Part shown: positions 55,493 to 64,000 of the stretch, in pieces
How positions within the stretch are numbered: position 1 is the stretch's first letter
Layout of the letters: every line of letters starts with the position of its first letter
DNA from: Bryobacterales bacterium
Lineage (GTDB): Bacteria; Acidobacteriota; Terriglobia; Bryobacterales; UBA6623
Assembly: GCA_965218555.1 (NCBI GenBank)
Contig: OZ244625.1
Coordinates: forward strand, 247,492-311,491
Direction: 5' to 3'
DNA length: 64,000 nt
Program-made: the position numbers and the translations under genes
The notes under the pieces: generated by a model
What the model was told of the DNA's origin: nothing
Seen by the model: only the letters and a program-made list of their open reading frames with translations
Databases searched by the model: none

Positions 55493-56680
55493 TCAAACAG
55501 CACGAGTCCGAGGGGTCTTTGCGCGTGGCATCGATTTTATCTTCTCGAAGAACTCACTTTCCCTGATCTCGGCAGGCCAGTCCAGGTTGATCCGAATCTC
55601 TGATTGCCGCTCTCCCTCAATCCCGACCGTACGAACGGCTCCCAGGTGTATCAAAGCGTTGAGATCCCGAACGATCGCACGACCGGGATCACGCAGAGAC
55701 CGATAGTGATTGAGGGTTCTAAAAAGGAGGTCAGCCGACTCAAGCCGTTGGTTCTCCAGGAGAGCCTCGAGTATCGCAAGCTGGCGTTCTGCTATGAGCC
55801 GCTTCTTTGGTGTCTTGAGTCGATGGAAGAGGTCGTTCATCGTCTCCTTGAAAACAGCCTTCTTGACGGCGGTCCTGATGTCCCGGAGAAGCCTGTCACA
55901 CTGAAGGGCGACGCCGCGCAGGGAAAATTTGAGGAACGCTGTCAGGTCATGGTCAGCTCTTCTGACTTCAGTCAATACGGACAGATAGCGGGGTTTCTCA
56001 TCGTAATAATAGTTAGACATGGCGATGAACGCCGTGTCGCGTAATCCGGCCCGCTGGAGTAGTAGCGCTTCGAGTGCCCTGGCAGTCCTGCCATTGCCGT
56101 CTTCGAACGGATGCATAGCGGCGAAGTGATAGTGCGTCACCATCGCTTGTATGAGAGGATCGTGATCCGGGAAGACACGTCCAATAGCTCCGATCAACTT
56201 CGAAAAAGCCTCTCGACAAGCGTCACCACCCTCACAGCCCCTGTGCAACGGCAACCCGAAGGTCACATTGCTGTCTCGCCGTCGAAGCGTACCGGGCTCA
56301 CAGTGATCATCATCACAGCCCGTTACCATGCGCCGATGGATCTCGCACACAAGGGTCTCGTCGATAGGTCGATCGGGAGGAATGTTCGCAATCCATCGGT
56401 AGGTGTCCGCAGCGGCCTTTGCCTGTCTTTGCGAGCGGGTCAGTGCATTGCCGGCCAAGGCGTCAGCAAGCTCGCTTTCAGTGAAGTCTGCCCCTTCGAT
56501 CCTGGATGTGCCCGCCACCTCCATCTTGAACTGCAACGCCTGGAGAGCATCCACCCAGTCACGCTGATAGTGGGTCGCCAGAAGAGCTTTTGTGGCTGCT
56601 TTTGCCTCGACCAGCTCACTGAAGATCGCACTCTGATTGTAGATAATCCAGTTTTCGGGTAGAGTGTAGCGGATTGCCAT
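55493..56680 (-). CDS. Fic-family protein (AMPylase-type, N-terminal Fic_N and C-terminal wHTH-like regions)
   Basis: Fic motif HPFEDGNGRTARAL. ATG 56680 (MAIRYTLPENW...) is preferred over the ORF-track TTG at 56740. The gene and its flank are visibly AT-richer than the surroundings. Confidence 0.88.
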   Translation of the reverse strand: MAIRYTLPENWIIYNQSAIFSELVEAKAATKALLATHYQRDWVDALQALQFKMEVAGTSRIEGADFTESELADALAGNALTRSQRQAKAAADTYRWIANIPPDRPIDETLVCEIHRRMVTGCDDDHCEPGTLRRRDSNVTFGLPLHRGCEGGDACREAFSKLIGAIGRVFPDHDPLIQAMVTHYHFAAMHPFEDGNGRTARALEALLLQRAGLRDTAFIAMSNYYYDEKPRYLSVLTEVRRADHDLTAFLKFSLRGVALQCDRLLRDIRTAVKKAVFKETMNDLFHRLKTPKKRLIAERQLAILEALLENQRLESADLLFRTLNHYRSLRDPGRAIVRDLNALIHLGAVRTVGIEGERQSEIRINLDWPAEIRESEFFEKIKSMPRAKTPRTRAV

Positions 56681-56681
56681 G

Positions 56682-56786
56682 TCGCAGAATATAGCATGTC
56701 TCGTTGCAGAATTTTTGCATGAAAGAAGTTTCTTTTTCAATAGCTTACATAGATTACATGTTGTTTTTTGCAGACAGTTTTGCAGA
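56682..56786. promoter_or_regulatory. AT-rich divergent promoter region with repeated TTGCAGA heptamers
   Basis: TCGCAGA at 56682. TTGCAGA at 56704, 56768 and 56780. Lies between the Fic start and the methyltransferase gene at 56914. Confidence 0.3.
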
Positions 56787-56913
56787 TTTTGTGGTCACTC
56801 GCCCATCAAGTCCGCATGCTTCAATCGATTCCCACATCGTTCACGCCTCGCCACGCTTCCGGGAGGATTCCGACATCTTGGCATTCTTTTGCTACTAAGG
56901 AAAAAGTCATCGA

Positions 56914-57663
56914 ATGTATATAATCTCGTCCTTGAACATGATGAAGACCCATCGCGTCCCCGCGGCCTGCCTGATCGCACTGCTTGCCGCTGTAGCTCTG
57001 TCACTGCTTGTTCCGGGGCGGCCTGCCGCGGCAAGCGGCGCAGAGAAGCCGCCTGCTCCGCGAAGCGAATACAAGGGCCGCCGCATCGCGCAGACCATGA
57101 GCTTCCACGGCGCCCCCTGGCTCATCCGCGCAGAGCGCGACCGCGAGGAGAACCCCAAGCTGCTCATCGAGGCGCTGCAAGTGAAAGAGGGACAGACGAT
57201 CGCGGACATCGGCTGTGGCAACGGCTTCTACACGTTGCAGCTCGCCAGGCTTGTCGGATCCAACGGACGAGTCCTGAGCGTCGACATCCAGCCCGAGATG
57301 CTTGCGCTGCTCGACGAGCGGGCATCCGAAGCGGGTATTAACAACATCGAGCCAATTCTCGGCGCTCCGGCTGATCCCAAGCTTCCGGCGGGCGAAGTCG
57401 ATCTTGTCCTCCTCGTCGACGTCTATCACGAGTTCTCTTACCCCGAGCGAATGCTGGCGGCCCTGCGGGCAAGCCTCAAGCCCACCGGACGGGTCGCCCT
57501 GGCCGAGTACCGCATGGAGGACCCTTCGGTGCCCATCAAGCTACTGCACAAGATGAGCAAGAAGCAGATTCTCAAGGAGTACACTGCTAACGGATTCACG
57601 CTCGTTCACGAGTTCGATGAACTTCCCTGGCAGCACCTGATGTTCTTCGGCCGCGCGGACTGA
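56914..57663 (+). CDS. secreted class I SAM-dependent methyltransferase
   Basis: Signal peptide MMKTHRVPAACLIALLAAVALSLLVPG (alternative start 56938). Motif I IADIGCGNGFYTLQLARLVG. VDLVLLVDVYHE. Confidence 0.8.
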   Translation: MYIISSLNMMKTHRVPAACLIALLAAVALSLLVPGRPAAASGAEKPPAPRSEYKGRRIAQTMSFHGAPWLIRAERDREENPKLLIEALQVKEGQTIADIGCGNGFYTLQLARLVGSNGRVLSVDIQPEMLALLDERASEAGINNIEPILGAPADPKLPAGEVDLVLLVDVYHEFSYPERMLAALRASLKPTGRVALAEYRMEDPSVPIKLLHKMSKKQILKEYTANGFTLVHEFDELPWQHLMFFGRAD

Positions 57664-57765
57664 GCGCGAGCAGGGAGAAGGTTTCGTCGAGCGCATCGAG
57701 GTACGTCTCAGCACAAATAGGGCTGACCGTCACCAAAGCACAGCCGAATAGGGGAATGGGGCAAC

Positions 57766-58218
57766 ATGGCAACGACAATACCGCAGAACTTCGATAACCA
57801 CGTGGTGATCCCAAAGGGATTGATCAAGGTGGCCCTCCCGATCTTGGTTGGCGTCATTTGCGCTGTCGCGGGGCTCTTCATGGTGAAGTCCACCGCGGGC
57901 ATCTGCCTCATTGGAACCGGAACCGTGCTGGTCGGCGGCGGCACGATCATCGGTCTGGGATTGGCTCGCACCTACTGCACGAAGCTGCAAGACCGCATCA
58001 TCCGTCTGGAGATGCGTATTCGGTTGGAGAAGACTCTACCGGCGGACTTGCAAGCGGCGATTCCGACGCTGACGATCCCGCAACTGATCGGGCTGCGTTT
58101 TGCTTCCGACACCGAGATGCCGGATCTGGTTCGCAAGGTCGTCGTCGAGAATATCGAAGATCGCACCGCCATCAAGAAGATGGTCAAAGACTGGCAGGGC
58201 GACTACGACCGCGTTTAG
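57766..58218 (+). CDS. small two-TM membrane protein, family not recognised with confidence
   Basis: 150 aa. Two hydrophobic helices (VALPILVGVICAVAGLF and ICLIGTGTVLVGGGTIIGLGL) are followed by a soluble C-terminal half. Confidence 0.5.
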   Translation: MATTIPQNFDNHVVIPKGLIKVALPILVGVICAVAGLFMVKSTAGICLIGTGTVLVGGGTIIGLGLARTYCTKLQDRIIRLEMRIRLEKTLPADLQAAIPTLTIPQLIGLRFASDTEMPDLVRKVVVENIEDRTAIKKMVKDWQGDYDRV

Positions 58219-58226
58219 CAGGAGCG

Positions 58227-59024
58227 TCAGCGCAGCATCTGCTCGGCGCCCGCTCTCATGAACAGAAAGTCGCTGCCGAGCGTCATGAACTTTGCGCCCT
58301 TGGCGTGCCACTCTCGCACTTCCTCCATCGACCCCGATGTCATGCCGAACGGCATGTCGTGCGCTTTCGCGGCTTCCAGGATGCGGTCACACGAGGCAAG
58401 CACTTCCGGTGTCCGGGCGAACGTCGTCCACGAATCCGCGCCGGCGGCGGCGCCTGACGGGCCCGTGATCGACTGACCGGGTTCCAGCATCGAGAAGGCA
58501 AGGTCGTTCGGGCCGATGAACACGGCATCCACCCCGGGCACGGTGAGCATTTCGTCGATTTGCTCGACTCCGGTATGGCTTTCGACTTGGATGATGAGGG
58601 TCGCCCTGCGATCGGCATCGGCCATGTACTCCGTCGCCGCAAAGCTATAGCGGGCAGCCCGAAACGGACCAAAGCTACGCTTGCCCTTCGGCGGAAACTT
58701 GGCGGCGTCAACGGCCCGGCGGGCATCGGCGACCGAGTTCACCATCGGCACGAGAACCGCATCGACTCCTTGATCGAAGAGCCAGTTGATGTTGTGATAG
58801 TCGTTCTGCGCGGCGCGGACAACGGGCGTTACCGGCGAGTTGGCGAATGCGCCCAGCAACGCCGGGAAGTCCGACTGGGTAATTTCGGAATGCTGCAAGT
58901 CAAGGATCAGAAAATCCAGCCCCAGGTGGGTCATCACCTCGGCGGAGGCATAGCTGGAAAACGAGCACCAGCCGCCGATCAGGTCGGACTCGTTCCGAAG
59001 GCGTTCAACAAAGGGTTCTCGCAT
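58227..59024 (-). CDS. HpcH/HpaI-family aldolase
   Basis: GGWCSFSSYASAEVMTHLGLDFLILDLQHS, PVVRAAQND, LVPMVNS, IQVESHTGV and VDAVFIGPNDL. Confidence 0.85.
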   Translation of the reverse strand: MREPFVERLRNESDLIGGWCSFSSYASAEVMTHLGLDFLILDLQHSEITQSDFPALLGAFANSPVTPVVRAAQNDYHNINWLFDQGVDAVLVPMVNSVADARRAVDAAKFPPKGKRSFGPFRAARYSFAATEYMADADRRATLIIQVESHTGVEQIDEMLTVPGVDAVFIGPNDLAFSMLEPGQSITGPSGAAAGADSWTTFARTPEVLASCDRILEAAKAHDMPFGMTSGSMEEVREWHAKGAKFMTLGSDFLFMRAGAEQMLR

Positions 59025-59103
59025 AGCGCCTATTGTAAATTGATCAGGGATCAGGCGCCGCCGGCGGAACTTTTGCTCCCCGGCCGGAGTGCAGGATGAG
59101 GGC

Positions 59104-59290
59104 TAGCCTGCCTATCTCACCACCTGACGGGGGGGGGAGCACGCGATAGGACCGCCATGACTTCGTTGCGCTTGCTTGCCGTGCTCGATGTAGGGTCAAG
59201 TACACACCTGCGCGCGCCAAGCGGCCCGCGCCTCGTCCTGCCGGCCCTCTCACGCACTTCGCCTCCCCACGTGGTGAGATATGCAGGCTC
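59104..59290 (+). mobile_element. family-1 MITE-like element, copy E (TA / TC flanks)
   Basis: TA|GCCTGCCTATCTCACCAC...GTGGTGAGATATGCAGGC|TC. Sits in the divergent intergenic region 35 nt upstream of ATG 59325. Confidence 0.75.
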
Positions 59291-59324
59291 GAAATTGGGG
59301 ACGAATTCCAGTAATCTAGTCAAT

Positions 59325-62273
59325 ATGCGAAGAGGGGGGAAACCCGGGACGCTGGGGACGGTGGTCCTGCTGATCGGGCTTGTCTTGGGGCCTTCGGCCG
59401 GGATGCTCGCCGGGAGCGAGCCGGAAGAGTTCTTCGAGACGAAGGTCCGGCCGCTGTTCGCCGCCCAATGCCAGTCGTGTCATGACGCAAAGCAGAAGCT
59501 GGGCGGGCTGGATCTGACGCGGCGCGAGGGCTTGGATCGCGAGGGCAGTGGGGGGCCGGTGATCATCCCCGGAGATGCGGGGGCGAGTGCGCTGATTCGC
59601 GCGGTTCGCTATGAGTCGAAGATCAAGATGCCGCCAACGGCCAAGCTGTCCGCCGCAGAGATCGCGGACTTGACCGAGTGGGTGCGCATGGGGGCGCCCT
59701 GGCCCGGGCTGAAGTCCGCCCGGCGGACGGGCACGGCCGGTGGCGCATTCACGGAAGAAGAAAAGTCGTGGTGGTCCTTCCAGCCGGTGCTGCGGCAGGA
59801 GCCTCCGGCGGTTCGGAACGCAGACTGGGTGCGCACGCCGATCGACAACTTCATCCTGGCGCGTCTGGAAAACGAGGAGTTCGAGCCTGCTCCGGAGGCC
59901 GACAGGCTGACGCTCCTGCGGCGCTTGACGTATGACCTGACCGGCCTTCCGCCAACCGAGCGTGAAATCGAGAACTTTCTGGCGGACGATTCATCCGACG
60001 CCTACGCCACCGTCGTGGAGAGGTTACTCGATTCCTCGCGATACGGCGAGCGCTGGGGCCGCCATTGGCTCGATGTCGCGCGCTACGCCGATTCGACCGG
60101 GGTCGATGAAGACCACAAGTACCCCTTCGCCTGGAAATACCGCGACTACGTTGTGGATGCCTTCAATGACGACATCCCCTTCGATCGCTTCCTGCAAGAG
60201 CAAATCGCCGGCGATCTGTTCCCTGCCGAGGAACCGGGCACGGTGAATGCGCGAGGCATCATCGCGACGGGCTTCCTTGCGCTGGGGCCGAAGCTGATTG
60301 CCGAGCAGGACAAAAAGAAGATGCTCTACGACATGATCGACGAGCAGATCGAGGTCGTCGGCAAGGCCGTGCTTGGGCTGACGCTGCAATGCGCGCGTTG
60401 CCACGATCACAAGTTCGACCCGATCCGGCAGCGCGACTACTACTCGATGGCGTCGATTTTCCGAAGCACCAGGCAGGTGGAAGACTGGAGGACGCATGTT
60501 TCGGAGCTATACTTCAAGCCTCTGGTTCCGGAAGCCGAGTCGGCGCTGTACTTCTCTCATCAGAAAAAGATCAAGCTGAAGAATCAGCAGATCAAGAACA
60601 TCGTTGAAGAACAGTCGGCGGCCTACGTGAAGAGTGCGCTGCCGGGAGTGCCGCAATATCTTGCAGCAGCTCGGGAAGCCCTGAACGCACCCAAACCGCC
60701 GGTTCCCGCCACAGCGGCTTCGGCAGAAACGGCGGCGGAGCCTGCTCGAGATGCGGCTTTGATGCGAGTCGCATCCAAACATGCCTTGGATGCGGTTCGG
60801 CTCGGCAAGTGGATCGAGTACCTGACGCCGACCGACGAGGTTCGGCCTCATCTGGATCGCTTGCTCGAAGCCGACGAAGCAGAGTTACCAGCGGTCGCGG
60901 AGCACTATCGAGCAGAGTTCGAAAAGACCGCCTCAAAGCGCTACGCCGACTTGGCGGCATGGCGCGTCAAGTTTGACGAGGCTCTTGCCAAGGGCGAGGA
61001 GCCTCCCGAGAGACCCTCTTTCTTCGGCGGCCAGAATCGCTTCTTTACAGAAACGACGACAAGCAAGGGACCCCTGGGCGTCAGCCGCGAAGAGAGAAAG
61101 AAGATCTTCTCCGCGGATGCTGTCAAACGGCTCACGCATTTCGAAGCCGTGCAGCGGGAACTGAAAAAAACTCTTCCGTCGAAGCCTCCTATGGCCAACG
61201 CCGTCGCCGAGGAAGAACCTTATCAGCAACACATTTTCGTCGGCGGCAATGTGCACGCGCCGGGCGAAACGGTGCCCAAGGCCTTTCCGGACGTGCTGAC
61301 CCATGGTAAGCAAGCTGAGATTACGGGAATCAGCGGCCGTCTGGAATTGGCCCGCTGGCTGTCGAGCCCCGACAATCCTCTCACTGCGCGCGTCATCGCC
61401 AACCGCATCTGGCAATGGCACTTCGGCGAAGGCCTCGTGCGAACGCCCAACAACTTCGGCAGGTTGGGCGCTTCACCCACCCACCCCGAGCTGCTCGACT
61501 ACCTCGCGTCCGAGTTCGTGAAGCGCAGGTGGTCGGTCAAGGCCATGCACCGTTTGATCGTCTTTTCAAGCACCTATCGCATGAGCACCGAGACAACACC
61601 GCGAGCGCGCGAGACGGACCCCGACAACCGGCTCTGGTCGCACTTCAACCGTCGTCGCATGGATGTCGAAGCAATCCGCGATTCGCTGCTGGCGATCGAA
61701 GGCACGATCAACTTCGGGATGGGCGGCACGTTGCAAGAGGGCGAAGGCCAGGGGATGACGACAACCAATCAACTTCCGCCCTTCGACGCCTCGAAGAGCT
61801 ACCGGCGGACGCTCTATCTTCCATTGCGGCGGGCGAACATCCCAAAGCTTCTGACGCTGTTTGATTTCGGCGACGCCACGACGAGCACTGGCGTACGGGC
61901 GAGTACGAACGTCGCGCCGCAGGCCTTGTTCATGATGAACAGCGAGTTCGTATCACGTGTCGCCGAAGGCTTTGCACGGCGCGTGCTCGCCGAACGCCGG
62001 ACGCCGGACGAGCAGCGCGTGCGTCAGGCTTGGCTAACGGCGCTGGCCAAGGAACCGACAGCAGCCGAAATCGAGGAAGCGCTCGACTACATCAGCGCCT
62101 TTGGAAAACAGTCTGTCGACAAAGACCTGACAGAAGTGAAAAGTACTCGGATGGAAGGCCCGCATCGCTCACCAGACTACCCCGCCTACCACTACAGCGC
62201 ATCGACGCTCGCGGGCTGGCAGAGCTATTTCCGGGTGCTGCTGGCTTCAAACAATTTCATCTACATCCAATGA
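59325..62273 (+). CDS. PSCyt (planctomycete-type cytochrome c) + DUF1549 + DUF1553 protein
   Basis: ATG 59325. Signal peptide. CQSCHDAKQKLGGLDL haem motif. DUF1549 block RLTYDLTGLPPT. CARCHDHKFDP. DUF1553 block NPLTARVIANRIWQWHFGEGLVRTPNNFG. The ORF-track start at 59157 lies inside the MITE. Confidence 0.88.
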   Translation: MRRGGKPGTLGTVVLLIGLVLGPSAGMLAGSEPEEFFETKVRPLFAAQCQSCHDAKQKLGGLDLTRREGLDREGSGGPVIIPGDAGASALIRAVRYESKIKMPPTAKLSAAEIADLTEWVRMGAPWPGLKSARRTGTAGGAFTEEEKSWWSFQPVLRQEPPAVRNADWVRTPIDNFILARLENEEFEPAPEADRLTLLRRLTYDLTGLPPTEREIENFLADDSSDAYATVVERLLDSSRYGERWGRHWLDVARYADSTGVDEDHKYPFAWKYRDYVVDAFNDDIPFDRFLQEQIAGDLFPAEEPGTVNARGIIATGFLALGPKLIAEQDKKKMLYDMIDEQIEVVGKAVLGLTLQCARCHDHKFDPIRQRDYYSMASIFRSTRQVEDWRTHVSELYFKPLVPEAESALYFSHQKKIKLKNQQIKNIVEEQSAAYVKSALPGVPQYLAAAREALNAPKPPVPATAASAETAAEPARDAALMRVASKHALDAVRLGKWIEYLTPTDEVRPHLDRLLEADEAELPAVAEHYRAEFEKTASKRYADLAAWRVKFDEALAKGEEPPERPSFFGGQNRFFTETTTSKGPLGVSREERKKIFSADAVKRLTHFEAVQRELKKTLPSKPPMANAVAEEEPYQQHIFVGGNVHAPGETVPKAFPDVLTHGKQAEITGISGRLELARWLSSPDNPLTARVIANRIWQWHFGEGLVRTPNNFGRLGASPTHPELLDYLASEFVKRRWSVKAMHRLIVFSSTYRMSTETTPRARETDPDNRLWSHFNRRRMDVEAIRDSLLAIEGTINFGMGGTLQEGEGQGMTTTNQLPPFDASKSYRRTLYLPLRRANIPKLLTLFDFGDATTSTGVRASTNVAPQALFMMNSEFVSRVAEGFARRVLAERRTPDEQRVRQAWLTALAKEPTAAEIEEALDYISAFGKQSVDKDLTEVKSTRMEGPHRSPDYPAYHYSASTLAGWQSYFRVLLASNNFIYIQ

Positions 62274-63694
62274 CTGCGTTCAAGAAATCACCGCTCTCGC
62301 GCCGGATGCTCCTGCGCAGGTCTGCCTGCGGATTCGGGTTGCTTGGCTTGCGCGGGCTCCTGGCCGCGGAAGAATCGCGCAACCCCCTTGCACCGAAGCA
62401 ACCTCACCTTCAGGCGCGGGCCAAGCGGGCGATTTTTATTTTCATGCACGGCGGCCCGTCGCATCTCGATATCTACGATCCCAAGCCACGGCTCGAGCGC
62501 GATCACGGCAAGCCGCTACCGTTCGAGCGCCCACTCACGTTTGCCGAAGAGCAGGTGGGGGGGTTGCTGAAATCGCCTTTTCAATTCAAACGACACGGCG
62601 AGAGCGGCATTCCGCTCAGCGAACTGTTCCCGAACCTGGCGCGGCACGTTGACGATATGTGCATCATCCGCTCGATGGTCGGCGACAGCGTAGCGCACGG
62701 CGGGGCGTTGATGCAGCTCCATACCGGGACGAACACGTTCACGCGGCCGAGTTGGGGTTCGTGGGTGGTGTACGGCCTCGGGACGGAGAATCAGAACCTG
62801 CCGGGATTCATTACGCTCAAGCCGACTCTGTTCCACGGCGGCTCCAAGAACTATTCCGCCGGATTTCTACCCGCCGCCTACGAAGGAACGGCCATCGGCT
62901 ACGCGGCCCTCGGGCCGGACGACCTGAAGGAACCCATCCAGTATTTGGAACGCAAAGGCGTCTCGCCGGAGCTGCAGCGTTTTGAGCTCGACATGCTGCA
63001 GAAAATGAATCGCCGCAGCGCGGAACAGGCAAACTTCGACCCGCAGCTCGAAGGACGCATTCAGGCGTTCGAGTTGGCGGCGCGCATGCAAACAGAAGCC
63101 CCCGAGGCTTTCGACATTTCCAAGGAGTCCGAGTCCACCCGCAAACTCTACGGACTCGATCAGGAAGAAACACGCGATTTAGGCTGGCAGTGCCTGGTGG
63201 CACGGAGGCTGTCGGAGCGCGGCGTGCGCTTCGTGCAGGCGTCGCATACCTATCGTGTGGGAAACCCGGTTGGCTGGGATGCTCATTCGAGGCTGGTGCC
63301 GAACCACGTCGGGCGGGCGAAGCAGGTCGATCAGCCGATATCGGCCTTGCTCACGGACATGAAGGCCCGCGGTCTTCTCGACGACACGCTGGTCATCTGT
63401 AGCGGCGAGTTCGGCCGCACTCCGATAGCGCAATCCGGCGACGGACGCGACCACAACCCCTACGGCTATACCTCATGGATGGCCGGCGCGGGCGTCAAGC
63501 ACGGCTTCATCTACGGCGCTACGGATGAGTTTGGCTACCACGCCGTCGAAGACCGTATGCACATCCATGACCTGCACGCCACCGTCCTCCACATCCTCGG
63601 CCTCAACCACAAAAAGCTCACCTACTTCCATGGGGGCCGCGACTTCCGCCTGACCGACGTGGCCGGCAACGTAGCCGAGAAGCTGCTGGCCTGA
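62270..63694 (+). CDS. DUF1501 (sulfatase-fold) protein, Tat-exported
   Basis: ATGA overlap with the upstream gene. Leader MTAFKKSPLSRRMLLRRSACGFGLLGL. FIFMHGGPSHLDIYDPKP, GEFGRTP and GRDHNP. Confidence 0.88.
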   Translation: MTAFKKSPLSRRMLLRRSACGFGLLGLRGLLAAEESRNPLAPKQPHLQARAKRAIFIFMHGGPSHLDIYDPKPRLERDHGKPLPFERPLTFAEEQVGGLLKSPFQFKRHGESGIPLSELFPNLARHVDDMCIIRSMVGDSVAHGGALMQLHTGTNTFTRPSWGSWVVYGLGTENQNLPGFITLKPTLFHGGSKNYSAGFLPAAYEGTAIGYAALGPDDLKEPIQYLERKGVSPELQRFELDMLQKMNRRSAEQANFDPQLEGRIQAFELAARMQTEAPEAFDISKESESTRKLYGLDQEETRDLGWQCLVARRLSERGVRFVQASHTYRVGNPVGWDAHSRLVPNHVGRAKQVDQPISALLTDMKARGLLDDTLVICSGEFGRTPIAQSGDGRDHNPYGYTSWMAGAGVKHGFIYGATDEFGYHAVEDRMHIHDLHATVLHILGLNHKKLTYFHGGRDFRLTDVAGNVAEKLLA

Positions 63695-63729
63695 CGCAGT
63701 TCGGGGCGTCAGGCGGCGGGAAAGGCAGG

Positions 63730-64000
63730 TCAGGAGTCCACGGCGTACTTCTTCACGGCGTCTTCATCCAGCTCGACACCCAACCCGGGCTTGTCGGAAA
63801 CAATCGCGAAGCTGTCTTTGATCTCAATCGGGGCGACGATCAGATCATCGACGCGCTGATAGCTGAGGATGTCGCTTGGGTACGTGCAATTGCTCGCCGC
63901 CGCGCATGCATGCAGATACGACGCATCGCGGATGCCCATGTCGTGCGAAGAGCCGTGCCAAACCTCGTACCCCATGGCCTTCGCGATATAGCAGTTGGAC
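63730..64000 (-). CDS. enolase-superfamily (mandelate racemase/muconate-lactonizing-type) protein, C-terminal part; 5' end outside window
   Basis: The minus-strand frame is open to the window edge. The C-terminus reads ...IVSDKPGLGVELDEDAVKKYAVDS, typical of the family. Confidence 0.6.
   Translation of the reverse strand, partial: SNCYIAKAMGYEVWHGSSHDMGIRDASYLHACAAASNCTYPSDILSYQRVDDLIVAPIEIKDSFAIVSDKPGLGVELDEDAVKKYAVDS

Noticed and set aside
63691-63712. 7-bp stem hairpin CTGACGC...GCGTCAG between the convergent genes as a bidirectional terminator
   Set aside because: The stem is short, it overlaps the stop codon and there is no U-tract on either strand.

Overview
GC-rich bacterial chromosomal window with about 50 protein genes, one tRNA-Glu(UUC) and an unusually dense load of small non-coding repeats. 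The gene content suggests Acidobacteriota or a similar soil lineage (inference only). That content includes a ~1160-aa TonB-dependent receptor with a carboxypeptidase-regulatory-like N-domain; split FtsX/MacB permeases with a HlyD adaptor and ABC ATPase; PSCyt/DUF1549/DUF1553 plus DUF1501 pairs; a DUF58/BatA/VWA operon; and an ECF sigma triad. Housekeeping-type blocks occupy roughly 1-27 kb and 49-64 kb. The middle (about 28-48 kb, centred on tRNA-Glu at 33.4 kb) is an accessory mosaic. It holds an orphan but intact Mu-type small+large terminase pair bracketed by repeats, an orphan Wzt-type ABC ATPase, and an XRE antitoxin without an intact toxin. It also holds a type II R-M cassette (intact methylase, frameshifted nuclease) flanked by 49-bp direct repeats, a ~1350-codon type IIG R-M enzyme split by a frameshift inside methylase motif I, and a DUF433/PIN toxin-antitoxin pair. 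Elsewhere there is a truncated ArdC-like gene and a Fic gene in an AT-rich patch. The strongest non-coding signals are four. (1) A TA-flanked ~180-bp MITE-like element in 5 co-oriented full copies plus one 40-bp mini hairpin, with two copies sitting exactly in stop codons. (2) A second repeat family built on GTGTCTCGTGAT/ATCACGAGACAC that brackets the terminase pair. (3) A 386-bp element with perfect 20-bp terminal inverted repeats. (4) A diverged 268-bp duplication (period 967 bp) of the 5' end of a haem-c / PHM-like copper monooxygenase / TPR lipoprotein gene, enclosing a small ORF with a 4 x 33-bp (11-aa) tandem repeat. No CRISPR array, rRNA, integrase, transposase or reverse transcriptase gene was seen. 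All family assignments are by eye from motifs; no database search was run.
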